Part shown: one piece after another, positions 41,505 through 53,589 of the stretch
Position numbering within the stretch: the first letter of the stretch is position 1
How the letters are laid out: each line of letters begins with the position of its first letter
Made by a program: the position numbers and the translations under genes
Origin: Octopus sinensis
Lineage: Eukaryota
Assembly (NCBI RefSeq): GCF_006345805.1
Contig: NC_042999.1
Location: 11,346,001 to 11,410,000, forward strand
DNA: 64,000 bases
Direction: 5' to 3'
The notes under the pieces: model-generated
The model's database searches: none
Seen by the model: the letters and a program-made list of their open reading frames with translations, nothing else
Told to the model about the DNA's origin: nothing

Positions 41505-41802
41505 ACATCACCGTGATCACCGTGACCAACCAGGCTATCAGATGTTGCTACACATCGCTGGTCACAATGCACTTCGCATTGTTTTAGCCTTCAAATGACG
41601 CCACCCTGCTGGCTAAGCGAGCTGGCCAACAGAGAAAGTTGTGGCGAAAGTGTACAGCAGGGATCGCCCCCCCCCCCCTGGAGCCTCATGGAGCTTTAGG
41701 TATTTTCGCTCAATAAACACTCACAACGCCCAGTCTGGGAATCAAAACCGCAATCCTACGACCGCGAGTCCGCTGCCCTAACCACTGGGCCATTGTGCCT
41801 CC
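41505..41802 (-). mobile_element. tRNA-derived SINE family B
   Basis: Reverse head ggaggcacaatggcccagtggttagggcagcggactcgcggtcgtaggattgcggttttgattcc. Confidence 0.8.
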
Positions 41803-42706
41803 AACACTTACATACCGTATGAAATTCCTCACAAGAATAAATGATTAATCATGGATGCAATACTAATTGTGCAAAACAATGATAAGATTGACACACATCA
41901 AAAAATTACTTCATGACTACTGATATGGACGCCTAACAGGAAAAACTTCTGGCAGTAAAGCATACATAAAATTTAACTAGGAAATGATAAATTGTCCATG
42001 TGACTGCTGACACAGAAGACCAATGATGAGAAAAATGTTTTCTGGTAAAGTCTCATAAATTTGATTACCATAAAAGGAAAAACATGGGAACCAAATGTAT
42101 TGATTATGGATCGAGGAAGTTTATTGTAAAGTGCCAAAAAATGATACAGAAACAGGAAAAATCTCTAATTAAGACATTAAACTGGAATCTAATCATGTTT
42201 GATGTGTGTGGTCATTGGTAGAAACAATAGAGAACCAGACTAAGAGTTTCTAATTTAGCTTTTTGCTAAGATATTTGGCTTCAACTGTCCAGGTGAGCTC
42301 TTAATTAGTAGTGGGGTTGAGTGGATACTGTGAACCTGTAGTGGCCATAATTAAGAACATATTGGAAGCTTTGACCCTTACTGTTGAATGGCAGATTGAA
42401 TGAGGCTTGCATACAAACTGTAGTGCTATGGGGTAGTGAGACAGGGACCTTAAATGTCAGAGGAGTTTATAAAGACTAAGAAAGAAATGATGGACTAAAC
42501 TCTGCTGGATATGTTGTGTACCTGAACGACATGGTGCGAATGGAGAGAGAGAGATAGAGAGAAAGTGGATGCTGGAAGGATGATAGACATTGTGCAAGAG
42601 AGTAAATTGGATGGAGGATGGAGGATGGGAGGTACACAACAAAGTTCTGTAGAATAAGGAGACCGAGAAAGACTTGCCATAAAGTAATCTGAGGATGTTA
42701 TATATA

Positions 42707-43095
42707 GGTGCAGGAGTGACTGTGTGGTAAGTAGCTTGCTTACCAACCACATGGTTATGGGTTCAGTCCCACTGCATGGCACCTTGGGCAAGTGTCTTTT
42801 ACTATAGCCTCAGGCCAACCAAAACCTTGTGAGTGGATTTGGTAGACGGAAACTGAAAGAAGCCCATTGTGTGTATATATATATGTGTGTGTGTGTGTTT
42901 GACCCCTCCCCCCAACATCACTTGACAACCAATGCTGATTTGTTTACATCCCCATAACTTAGCGGTTCGGCAAAAGAGACCAAGAGAATAAGAACTAGGC
43001 TTACAAAGAATAAGTCCTGGGGGTTGATTTGCTCAACTAAAGGTGGTGCTCCAGCATGGCTGCAGTCAAATGACTGAAACAAGTAAAAGAATAAG
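42707..43095 (+). mobile_element. tRNA-derived SINE family A
   Basis: Colinear with 27534-27948. Confidence 0.88.
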
Positions 43096-43966
43096 AATAT
43101 ATAATGAAGGAGATGAATGGATGCGAATGATCCTGGGATTGCACTTAGGAAGTTCCCTTCCAAGGCCCAAATCCAGGCAAGGTTGTTTGTGGAAGAGCAG
43201 CGGTCGCCCATGCGTACCAGTGTCCTCTTTCCACTTCACTGATTTTGTCCAAACGAATGGCAAAGGGGCTGATACAACTTGGCACCAATAATGTCACAAC
43301 TCATTTCTACAACTGAATGGATTGGACCAACATGAAATAAAATGTTTTGCTCAAGAACGCAACACACAGCCTGGTCTGGGAATTGAACCTCACAACTGTA
43401 AGCCTGGTGCCCCAACCACTGAGCCATGCACCTTCACTGGAGATAACAAGGCAATGTGTTATTTGTTGGTTTGTGGTGGAGAAGACCCAGTCACCCGTGT
43501 AAGCTTGGAGAAGCAATAAGGATAATAATATGGGGGCAGTGGTGGTGGACGCCTTGCAGACTATGAGGTGTCACCACTAGGGCTGGTGATATGATACCAG
43601 CACCCACTGTACTGTGGTTGGTGTTAGGAAGGGCATCCAATTGTGGAAATCATACCAAAGCAGATAACGGAGCGAGATGATGCAGGCCTCCTTCCCATTC
43701 GATCCTGTCAAAACCATGGAAACTGAGTGTCAAGTAAGGATGATGGTGATGATAGCTATGGTGTTATTCATACCACACATCCGTACACGCACATACACAT
43801 AGCATAAATACAAATGCATTCATACATTTGTGAGTGACACATACATACACCTGCATCATAAATAGCATGTGCATAGCAATGACAACCATGCACATTGCAG
43901 TGTGTGCATCCGCATCCACTGACGCGCAAATGTATTCACACATTCATTGCATTTTTTCTCTTTCAG

Positions 43967-44361
43967 ATGCAGAATCTAGTAATATCTTAACACCTCCACC
44001 TTCTGGAAAATGTTTGACTAATCGGCTAGATTCATTAGATCGTATGCTAACGAACCATACCTGTTTCCTGCAGAGTTCATTTAATTTAAGAAGTGTTTCA
44101 AATCTTCTCCAAGACCAACATAAGATCACCAAAGTTATTGAACACACAGTGATTGATAGCATCAAGATCATTTATAGTTTCCTCTTAACAGATATACATA
44201 AAATCACTTTACCTTGTGTCAGTTCCACTTTAAAAGCTTCCATGAAAATTTGCGATTTGGCCCCTCACAATTCAGATCTCAGAAACAGTTTTAAAACCTT
44301 CACTGCTGACTTCCAGAATACAGTCATCAAAACCGTGATATTAAATGACAAAATAACTCAG
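43967..44361 (+). CDS. MEI4: MEI4-like coding exon 3 (DAESSNILTPPPSGK...KTVILNDKITQ)
   Basis: tttctctttcag| acceptor and CAG|gtact donor; 395 nt, phase 1-0. Open within ORF 43834-44370 and in frame with exons 2 and 4. Confidence 0.8.
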
Positions 44362-44456
44362 GTACTTTGAATATCTTTTGATTTTGTTTTTCTTCCTGAA
44401 ATATTTTCATTTTTCAGTATTACTTTGTTATTTTTATTATTTATATCTGAGAGAGT

Positions 44457-44750
44457 GGAGGCACATGGCCCAGTGGTTAGAGCAGCAGATTCGCAGTTGA
44501 GGGATTGCGGGTTCGAATCCCAGACCGGGTAATGTGTGTGTTTATGAATGAAACACCTAAGCTCCACATGGCTCTGACAGAAAGATAATGGCAAACCTCT
44601 GCTGACTCTTTTGCCACAACTTTCTCTCCTGCACCTAGCAGCTCACCTGCAACAGACCAGCGTCCTGTCCCGGTGGGGAACCTATACACCAATGAAACTG
44701 GGAAACCGGCCCTTATGAGCCAGGCATGGCTCGAGAAGGAACAAACAACA
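44457..44750 (+). mobile_element. tRNA-derived SINE family B
   Basis: Head ggaggcacatggcccagtggttagagcagcag...gggttcgaatccc. Confidence 0.8.
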
Positions 44751-45613
44751 CACCTGAGAGAAGGGCAGTGAACTGGCAGAATGGTTACCATTCCAAGTAT
44801 TTCTGAGTTCAAATCTACCAAGGTCATTTGTCTTTCATCCTTTCAGGGTCAGTAAAATAGAGCATGTGGGATCAAGACTTTGATTGACCCCGGGCTATAG
44901 CAGAAGACAGCTGTCATGCAGTGGGACTGAACCCAGGACCCCATAATATATTCATCTAACCCATGCTTGCACAGAAAATTAGACATTAAAGCAGCAAAAA
45001 ACTAAAGACAGGCTTCTTTCAAGTTTCCATCGACCAAATTCAATCAGAAGGAATTTGCCCAAGGTGCTGTGCAGTAGCCCTGAACCTGAAGCCATCTGAC
45101 TGGGAGGCAACCTTCTTCACCACGCAGAAGTTCTCACCTGATTATGTGGAAGGAGAATCTGCTGGACTATTACAGTTCCATATTTAATATTCTTTTCTAC
45201 TCTAGGCACAAGGCCTGAAATTTTGGAGAAGAGGGCCAGTCGATTAGCTGGGCCCCAGTACGCAACTGGTATTTAATTTATCAACCCTGAAAGGATGAAA
45301 GGCAAAATCGACCTTGGCAGAATTTGAACTCAGAACGTTAAGACAGACGAAATACCACTCAGCATTTTGCCCGGTGTGCTAATATTTCTTCCAGTTCACT
45401 GCCGTGCTCCATATTTAATATTACAGGAGAATCTGTGTTGGACATGTAAACATGGCCAAGGGCATGTTGATCTTCAAACTTGGGATTTTCTGCAGGTTTT
45501 TTTATTGTGTTTCTGCTGCAATCTTTCACTTAAATGCCAAAAATAAGTCCTGCATTACCTGGGAATGTTACCTACAACAGATTATTAACATTCTATAAAA
45601 CTGAACAGTTAGC

Positions 45614-45861
45614 TGGAGGGAAGATTGTTTGCCAGCATAACATGGCAGTCCTAGTTTAGGACTAATGTTGCTGTAATTTAGCCCCAGGAGACATCATCTC
45701 CAGCTGGCTATACAACACAATCTGTGTCACTTGTTTGAAAATATAAGCACACAGATCGTGTCGTAAAGCCAACTGGAGACGATGTCTCCTGGGGCTAAAT
45801 TACAGCAACATTCGTCCTAAACCAGGACTGCCATGTTATGTTGGCAAACAGTCTTTACTCC
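45614..45861. mobile_element. Palindromic MITE-like element in MEI4 intron 3
   Basis: Arms tgtttgcca(g)cataacatggcagtcct...gtaatttagccccaggagacatc pair with their reverse complement over about 110 bp. Confidence 0.8.
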
Positions 45862-47081
45862 AAAGTTCTGTTGCTGAATATCTCTTGTTGTGAGATTTAC
45901 AAGTAGTAATTTTCTAAGGAACAGTTAGCTCTTATCCACTTCATGCCACGAATCTATCCCTAAACACCAGATTTGATGGTGCTTAAAAGATATTTATTCT
46001 TAGTTCCCTGCAAGAATTGGAACATACACATATATTTGAACTTTATAATTTAGTAGTTCAACACTAAATTACAATTTATGTGTTTTTCTACCCTCTCTAT
46101 TTCTGCCCACTCGTTTCACCCATCCACCAGTTTCCTCTTCTGATCTTGCCAGCTCACCAGTCCCCTGCCCCACACACTGTCACTGCTTTCTTCTTTGTCT
46201 CTCCCCACCTCAAGCAGCCATGCTTTCCCTCTAATGCAACACTCCTTTTTCTTTCCCTCCATACAAAACCCCTCACTCGGTTACCGGGGTGGGTCTTGTC
46301 TTGCAAGTTACTCGGTGACCCCGCAAGTGCTGGTGCCACGTAAAAAGCACCCAGTATACTTAGTGAAGCAGTAGGCAACAGGAAGGGTACCCAGTTGCGG
46401 AAACTATGTCAAAGCAGACGGCAAGGATTGCTGACTCGTCACTTTCTCTTGATCCGTCCAACCATGCCATCACGGAAAACCGACATTAAGTGATGATGTA
46501 TTATTATGTAATCGTCATTCTTTTAACATCCACATTTCCATGCTTGCCTGGGCAGGATGGAATTTGTTGAGGCAGATACCCTCCCTGTCCTGAATTCCTT
46601 GCCTGTTTCCAAGCATGACTGGAAATGGAGGACACTTACAAGTATTATCCTATGTCAAATCAAGGGAACACAAACACACACACACACATATATATATATG
46701 CAGTAGGCTTCTTTCTGCTGACCAAATCTATTCACATGGTTTTGGTTGGTCCAGGAGTTAGAGTAGAAGACACTTGGTCAAGGCGCCTCATAGTAGGACT
46801 GAACCCAAAACCATGTGGTTGGGAAGCAGACTTCTTACCACACAGTCATAGCTGCACCTAGATTCATTTAAATGCAAAACATAAATAAATGTTTCCTTCT
46901 TGAGCCATGTCAGGCTCATAAGGGCCAGTTTCTCAGCCTATTCCCCACCTGGAGAGGATGCCAATTTATTGCAGGGTTATGCTTTTTTGCCAGCTGAGTG
47001 GACTGGTGCAACGTGAAATGGAGTGTTTTGCTCAAGAACACAATTCATTGCCCAGTCCAGGAATTGAAACCACAATCTTAT

Positions 47082-47777
47082 AATAATAATAATGAAATTA
47101 TTGTATACAGTGCCCAGGTGCACCACAGCTTGTCAAAAAGTGCGTATAAAGTATATGCAGTAATGTACAAATGTCTGGAAAGTGAACAGTGTATGAGTCA
47201 GATCCATGCTTGCGTGTGTGTATGGAGGGGAGAAAATCAGGTGTAGTGTTGGCGAATCTCAGAAAGCATGGAAGTTTTGAAGGATGCAGTGCTCCGACAA
47301 CTAACAACTGATGCCAGCAGTTTGTTCCATACTTCAGCAACTCTTAGTGTGAAAAAATGTTTGCGAAAGTCATGGAAGGAGCTGTGCTGTTTTCTGACTT
47401 TGTAAACATGTCCACGGGTGTTAGACAGATGGAGTTTGAAAAGGTTCTCAGAGTTATTGTTTGTAAGATGGTTGATAATTTTATGGATGTCTGCCAAGTC
47501 AGTTGCCAGACGTCAGAGTTTCAATGTATCCATGCCCAGGGAAGTAAGGCGTTCAGAATATGGCAAATGCCTGATGGAGGGTATTCTCTTGGTTGCACGT
47601 TGCTGAATGGCTTCCAGACAATTAATATCCTGGGCAAGATAGGGGTTCCAGACCGGTGATGCAAATTCCAGGTGAGGTCTTACCATAGCTATATAAAGCC
47701 TCAGATAGATAGCCAGAGAGCGGCTCACAAAGGACTTGGTAAGTGATGCCAAGATACCCTCAGCCTTCTTGGCAATG
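47082..47777 (-). mobile_element. CR1-type LINE 3' fragment in MEI4 intron 3 with (ATT)n tail
   Basis: LYIAMVRPHLEFASPVWNPYLAQDINCLEAIQQRATKRIP...TRGHVYK...FFTLRVAEVWNKL. Confidence 0.9.
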
Positions 47778-48600
47778 GGTAAGTGATGCCAAGACACCCT
47801 CAGCCTTCTTGGCAATGGGTAAGTGATGCCAAGACACCCTCAGCCTTCATGGCAATGGGTAAGTGATGCCAAGACACCCTCAGCCTTCTTGGCAATGGGT
47901 AAGGTGATGCCAAGACACCCTCAGCCTTCTTGGCAATGGGTAAGTGATGCCAAGACCCCCTTAGCCTTCTTGGCAATGGGTAAGTGATGCCAAGACACCC
48001 TCAGCCTTCTTGGCAATGAGTAAGTGATGCCAAGACCCCCTCAGCCTTCTTGGCAATGGGTAAGTGATGCCAAGACCCCCTCAGCCTTCTTGGCAATGGG
48101 TAAGTGATGCCAAGACACCCTCAGCCTTCTTGGCAATGGGTAAGGTGATGCCAAGACACCCTCAGCCTTCTTGGCAATGGGTAAGGTGATGCCAAGACAC
48201 CCTCAGCCTTCTTGGCAATGGGTAAGTGATGCCAAGACCCCCTTAGCCTTCTTGGCAATGGGTAAGTGATGCCAAGACACCCACAGCCTTCTTGGCAATG
48301 AGTAAGTGATGCCAAGACCCCCTCAGCCTTCTTGGCAATGGGTAAGTGATGCCAAGACCCCCTCAGCCTTCTTGGCAATGGGTAAGTGATGCCAAGACAC
48401 CCTCAGCCTTCTTGGCAATGGGTAAGTGATGCCAAGACACCCTCAGCCTTCTTGGCAATAGGTAAGTGATGCCAAGACACCCTCAGCCTTCTTGGCAATG
48501 GGTAAGTGATGCCAAGACACCCTCAGCCTTCTTGGCAATGGGTAAGTGATGCCAAGACACCCTCAGCCTTCTTGGCAATGGGTAAGTGATGCCAAGACAC
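47738..48600. repeat. 40-bp minisatellite, 21 full units plus a partial unit (GGTAAGTGATGCCAAGACACCCTCAGCCTTCTTGGCAATG)
   Basis: Units start at 47738, 47778 ... 48541 and 48581; three carry a 1-nt insertion. Confidence 0.98.
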
Positions 48601-48731
48601 CATGATCATGAGTCCAACACCCTAAGCCAGAGATATAAGACATATTACTTATTAAATAAATATCTATGTCATATTTATTAAATGTTTATGTGTTATTTAT
48701 CAACTGTATGTTTTTTTGTTTTGTTTTGTAG

Positions 48732-49142
48732 CTTAAGAAAAGAGACTACATCAAGTTGTTGAGTGAATTCATGCATTGCCATGAAACCAAAGAACTGCTT
48801 CTGACCACTTTATATAACTATGCCTGCAAATTCTTCAACTACATTAAAAAGCTTTCTTTGAATATGAGGAACCTTCAGGATCCGGTCTTCTTTGAAAACA
48901 ACTATTTCATTCTTTGTTGTCTTGCCGAATGTATTGCTGAGGTGATCAATGACCATAACTTGATGCCATCACAGAACTTCATTACTGATTTAACCGATTC
49001 CATAGAGAACTGCTTCTCTCTAATAGAAGACACATTCCCATTGATTGCTCATGCTTTGTGGCAAATTATGGTGATCATTCATAATATTCCTCCTCTGAAC
49101 AAAAATGGTAAAAATTCAAATTTAATTCTAAAGCGTATTTGA
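48732..49142 (+). CDS. MEI4: MEI4-like coding exon 4, probably terminal (LKKRDYIKLLSEF...FENNYFILCCLAE...DTFPLIAHALWQ...LKRI*)
   Basis: tttgttttgtag| acceptor, phase 0, open to TGA 49140-49142. FENNYFIL and DTFPLIAHALW resemble the MEI4 C-terminal motifs (human, from memory: YENIFYLF and DAFPLFTFYLW). A late donor (AATG|gtaaaa near 49107) cannot be excluded. Confidence 0.82.
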   Translation, partial: LKKRDYIKLLSEFMHCHETKELLLTTLYNYACKFFNYIKKLSLNMRNLQDPVFFENNYFILCCLAECIAEVINDHNLMPSQNFITDLTDSIENCFSLIEDTFPLIAHALWQIMVIIHNIPPLNKNGKNSNLILKRI

Positions 49143-49406
49143 AGACAGAGCACTTTGGTACTGTTTAATTCATCAGTCATATGTCTTTATGGATAATGGC
49201 TAATGAGACAGAGATGTGCTGAAATTGTTAATTCTCTGTTCTAGATAAAAGTATTTAATATTGCTACGTTCAGTGTAAAGTTTCTGATTCAATCACCAAA
49301 GAAGAAGAATATCAAGAGAAGAGTGATGCTTGCCGATACATCACTTGGGAATCTGGCAAAACATCACAGTTTGTTACAATCTTTAGAGTTGAGTGAGTTT
49401 AAAATG

Positions 49407-49462
49407 AATAAAGTGATCAACAGGATTGATGATTCATGAAAATCATTTTCCATCCTAATAAA
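49407..49462 (+). terminator. Candidate MEI4 polyadenylation signals (AATAAA at 49407 and 49457)
   Basis: Two AATAAA hexamers 265-320 nt after the MEI4 stop. Confidence 0.35.
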
Positions 49463-49741
49463 CACAGCATGAATATCATAACAACAATAATCCTTTCTAC
49501 TATAGGTACAAGGCTTAAAATTTGGGGGGAGGGAGCCGGTTGATTAGATCAACCCCAGTAGGCAACTGGTACTTGATTCCATACTCCCACCCCACCCCAC
49601 CGAAAGGATGAAAGATAAAGTTGACCTCAACAGAATTTGAACTCAGAACAGAGTGGTGAGCAAAATACCACTAAGTATTTAGTCCAGCATGCTAACGATT
49701 CTGCCAGCTCGCTGCCTTAATAACAACAACAATAATAATAA

Positions 49742-50294
49742 ACGCCCTGATGCAGTACCAGGCAGTGGCTCTTGTGTGGCTTCTGACCATAACTGATTGG
49801 AAGTGTTATCATGTCCATTGTTCTATCTTGATATAAAAAGATGGGCTACAGCAAATATTCTGCTCAATACCACAGATTTGCTTGTCAGTTGTTTGACCTT
49901 AAACAGTTGAGCATGTCCCTTACTGGCTGACAATATGTGCATCTCTGATCACGAGCAGAAGTACTGGGGGAGCATCATGGCTATGTGTTGAAAGGAATTC
50001 TTTGGGGTTTGAATAATTTACCTTTGGAAACATGGGTGTTTCGTTCAACATCCCTAAACAAACCTTATTCAAGGACCTTTTGACCGGGATGGGTTACTCG
50101 ACTTGAAAAGAAAATTCTAACTGGGCCCCACCTGCAAGGTCATAGTGCACTGTTCAGCTTGATATGAGATCACAATGTCATGCACATGTGGTTGTGATGT
50201 ATGTGCCTGGTGTACCCTTATCAGACGGGTAGATTGGGCTTTGTATATTGGTACCCCAATATTATTTTGATGGCATGCCCTGCTCTTTTCACTC
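49742..50294 (+). mobile_element. Longest copy of the (AAT)n-associated repeat
   Basis: Homologous to 36942-37471 with extra 5' sequence acgccctgatgcagtaccaggcag. Confidence 0.8.
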
Positions 50295-50534
50295 AATGAT
50301 GATGCAAGGTGCTGAACTACTGAATCCTTGGAGCATTGAACCCAATGCTTGGCAGCATTTTTTCCAACTCTTAACATTCTAAGTTCAAATCTGCCTTTCA
50401 TTCTTTTGGGGGCCAATAAAATAAGAAGCAGCTGGGTATATGAGGGGAAACACAACTGACTTTCCCCTCCCCACCCACAAAATTGCTGGCCTTGTGCTAA
50501 AATTAGAAAGCATTGATGTCGTCATAAACAACAA

Positions 50535-51530
50535 CAAGCTGGCAGAATTGTTAGCATGCTGGGTGAAATGCTTAATGGTATTTCATCCAACTTTAAGTTC
50601 TGAGTTCAAATTCTGCCGAGGTCGACTCTGCCCTTGATCCTTTCAGGGTTGATGAAATAAGTACCAGTTGAGTATTGGGGTTGATGGAATCAACTGTTCC
50701 CCTCCCCCAAAGTTTCAGATCTTGTGTCTATAGCAGAAAGGGTGATTATTATTATTATGATATGAAGCAGGGAGCTGACAGATCCATTGGAACGGCAGTC
50801 AAAATGTTTAGCAGTATTTCTTCTGACTCTTTATGTTCTAAGCTCAAAAAATCCTGCCAAGGTGAACTTAGCCTTTCACACCCAACAAAATAAAGTATGG
50901 GTCAAGTAGCGGGGTTGATGCCTTCGACTAACCCCTCCCCTCAAATTTCAGGCCTTCTGCCTATATTACAAGCAATTATTGTTATTACTCTCGAGACAGC
51001 AGAGTTGTCAGTGTGCCAGACAAAATGGTTTGTGGCAAGTCATCCAGAGCTTTACCTTCTGAGTTCAAATGCCAACAGCATCGACTTTGCCTTTCAGGGT
51101 CTACAAAATAAGTAGCATTTGAAACCTGGGATCATTCTAATCAACATAGTCCTCCCCTAAAATTGCTGGCTTTGTGCCAAAATTTGAAACTACTATTATT
51201 AAGGCAACAAGCTGGCAGAAACGTTAGCACGCCAGGCAAAATGCTTAGCGGTATTTCATCTGCCAAATTCCGGCGAGGTCCACTTTGCCTTTCATCCTTT
51301 CGGGGTCGATATAATCAACTTAATCCGTTTGTCTGTCCTCTCTGTGTTTAGCCCTTTGTGGGTAGTAAAGAAATAGGTATTTCATCTGCTACTGACATCA
51401 ACTTTGCCTTTCATCCTTTTGGGGTCAGGGCCGATAAATTAAGTACCAGTTACACACTGGGGTTGATGTAATTGACTAACCCCTTTCCTTAAAATTTCGG
51501 GCCTTGTGCCTAGAGTAGAAAGGATTATTA
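50535..51530 (+). mobile_element. Cluster of head-to-tail SINE family C fragments between MEI4 and CPT2
   Basis: Repeated ggcagaattgttagc / gttcaaat / tttgcctttca / aagtaccagtt modules. Confidence 0.75.
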
Positions 51531-51577
51531 CATTAATAAAAACACATTACAGACAAAATCTGACAAAAATAAAATCT

Positions 51578-51583
51578 TTTATT
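51578..51583 (-). terminator. Candidate CPT2 polyadenylation signal AATAAA
   Basis: TTTATT on + strand, about 200 nt past the CPT2 stop and just before the SINE cluster. Confidence 0.45.
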
Positions 51584-51781
51584 AATTTTGTTATTGTTTC
51601 ATCTTTGGAAATAAATTGAAGATAATCTCTTCGTTGATAGTAATTAATTGGATTATCCTACACAATGATTAGCATCCCTGATGGAATTACTGGCATTTTT
51701 AATGATTTTTTTTTTTTCTTGTAAAAAATGGCAGCTGTACTGAGACTGTAAATGAATAGTTCTTCCTTAATTAAGACAACA

Positions 51782-51921
51782 TTAATGAGGTGACCTGCCT
51801 TCCAGGATATTATAAATTGCATTAAGGCTTTCTTCTAACGCTACGACGAAATCAGATCCGCTTCTGTGTGGATTATAAGAAGTGACAATGTAACCAGTTG
51901 CTTCGTCTCCAATTTGGTAAC
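51782..51921 (-). CDS. CPT2: CPT2 terminal coding exon (GYQIGDEATGYIVTSY...LEESLNAIYNILEGRSPH*)
   Basis: ttgtaaag| acceptor, phase 1, TAA at 51784-51782. Resembles the human C-terminus GYAVHDNWIGCNVSSY...LEDMFDALEGKS (from memory). Confidence 0.93.
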
Positions 51922-51974
51922 CTTTACAAAGACAAAAAAAGGGAAATGATATCAAATGAAACATTATATCTATC

Positions 51975-52280
51975 ATCATCATCATCATCATCATCATCAT
52001 TGTTCGACCGTGGTCGAGACAATGGAATTTACCATGCTACGCCAGACTTCACGGGCCATCATCATGCTAGCATAGGTTGGACGGTTCGACCGGGGTCTGG
52101 GAAACCAGGAGGCTGCACCAGGCTCCAGCCTGATCTGGCAGTGTTTCTACAGCTGGATGCCTTTCCTTATGCCAAGCACTCCATGAGTGTAGTGGGTGCT
52201 TTTTACGTGCCACTGGCACAGGTGCGAGGGTAGGCTGGCAATAGCCACGATCGGTTGGTGCTTTTTATGGTGCCACAAAA
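51975..52280 (-). mobile_element. RTE 3'-tail copy in the last CPT2 intron
   Basis: (CAT)n followed by catgctagcataggttggacggttcgacc. Confidence 0.8.
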
Positions 52281-52901
52281 ATGTCATATTCAAATAAACT
52301 GAAAGTGAGTCATGCACAAAGAAGTGAAGAGAAGTTTTACAGCTTTCATTTTTATGTTGTATCGAAGGCAAATTAGTTTGTGCCTCGATCTGTGTGCAAT
52401 ATCTCTTGTCAGATTTGAACCAAGCACTACAAGTTAATGAAACATTAATCGTTACCAAATACACCTTTTATGCTTGTAGAGTGCTACCTGCATCTCTTAC
52501 CTTTGACAGCACCATGCCTACCATAAGTCAATAGAGGAGCAGCTATGCAGTCACTCAGCCACTTAGAAAAAGGAGCCAAATCTCCCTCCAAGTTCATCCT
52601 TCCATTCTAAGAAGCGACACCTTAGATAATGTGATCCTGAGTGCTCTGTGTCCAACAAAAGGATAGAATAGTGACAGCTGTCTGGGACAAAGTGACATCT
52701 CATTCAGCCAAAGAATATATCATTGTAAATATTAAATATCATCCTAAGAGACTTGTCCAAGGTGCCATGTAAGGGGACAGAACCTGAAACGAAGTGGTTG
52801 GGAAATGAACTCCTTAACCACGCACAAACACTGTAGCACTTCTCAAAGAAATGACAGCATCAATACTACAAGTGAGAAGAAAAAAGCAGGAGATTACGTA
52901 C

Positions 52902-53093
52902 CAATTCCAAAGCCATTAGGCACCACTGGACCGAAACCACCAAACTGTATCATGGGGCTGGATAGTGTGGACGTCGAAAGGACGATGTGGTTAATATGTT
53001 TATAATTGGGGTCCGCGAATAAAGCTGGCGTTTGAGCGTTTGCCTTTTCAGCCAGAGTCCTCATTCCGAATAAATGTCTGTCAAATCCTTTCC
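52902..53093 (-). CDS. CPT2: CPT2 exon ([12 protein letters not shown]...[12 protein letters not shown]...[14 protein letters not shown])
   Basis: gttgcag| acceptor and G|gtacgt donor; 192 nt, phase 1-1. Contains GFDRHL and the STS carnitine-binding motif. Confidence 0.96.
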
Positions 53094-53589
53094 CTGCAAC
53101 AAAACAAGTGGAAATGTATAACACAGTCTCTTCCTCCGCTCCATCATCATTTAACGCCTGTCTTTGATGCTGGCACAGGTTGTACGGTTTCAACAGGACC
53201 CAATGAGTCTCTGGACTGCATCGTGAGCCAATGCCTGCTTTGCTACGGTTTCCATTGTTGGATGTCCTTCATAACAACAACAACAACTTCACCGTATGTC
53301 CTGAATGCTTCCTTCGTGACCCTGGCACCAATGAGGTCACCAAGTAACTTGCAAGACAGAGATACCCCCTCACCCTCAACTGAAGTGGGGGGAGTAGGAG
53401 AAAGAAAAAGATGCCCCCTCACCCTCAACTGACGTAGGGGGGTAGGAGAGAAGTAGTTGATGGCTTCATAGGAGATGTTGAGAAGCTAAAGTGTGACAGT
53501 GGGAGAGGCAGAGGTGTGTTGCTTTAAAGGGTATACATAGCTACCCCACATTGTAGACGGAGAGTATGAGAGGGAGAGACATCCAAAGT

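Noticed and set aside
44457-44530. tRNA gene (also 15612, 27534, 35260, 41730, 42707)
   Set aside because: A/B-box-like heads continue into conserved SINE bodies and I could not form a full cloverleaf; these are tRNA-derived SINE heads.
47738-48600. CRISPR-like array
   Set aside because: Units are contiguous with no unique spacers, derive from a LINE ORF, and sit in a eukaryotic intron with no cas genes.
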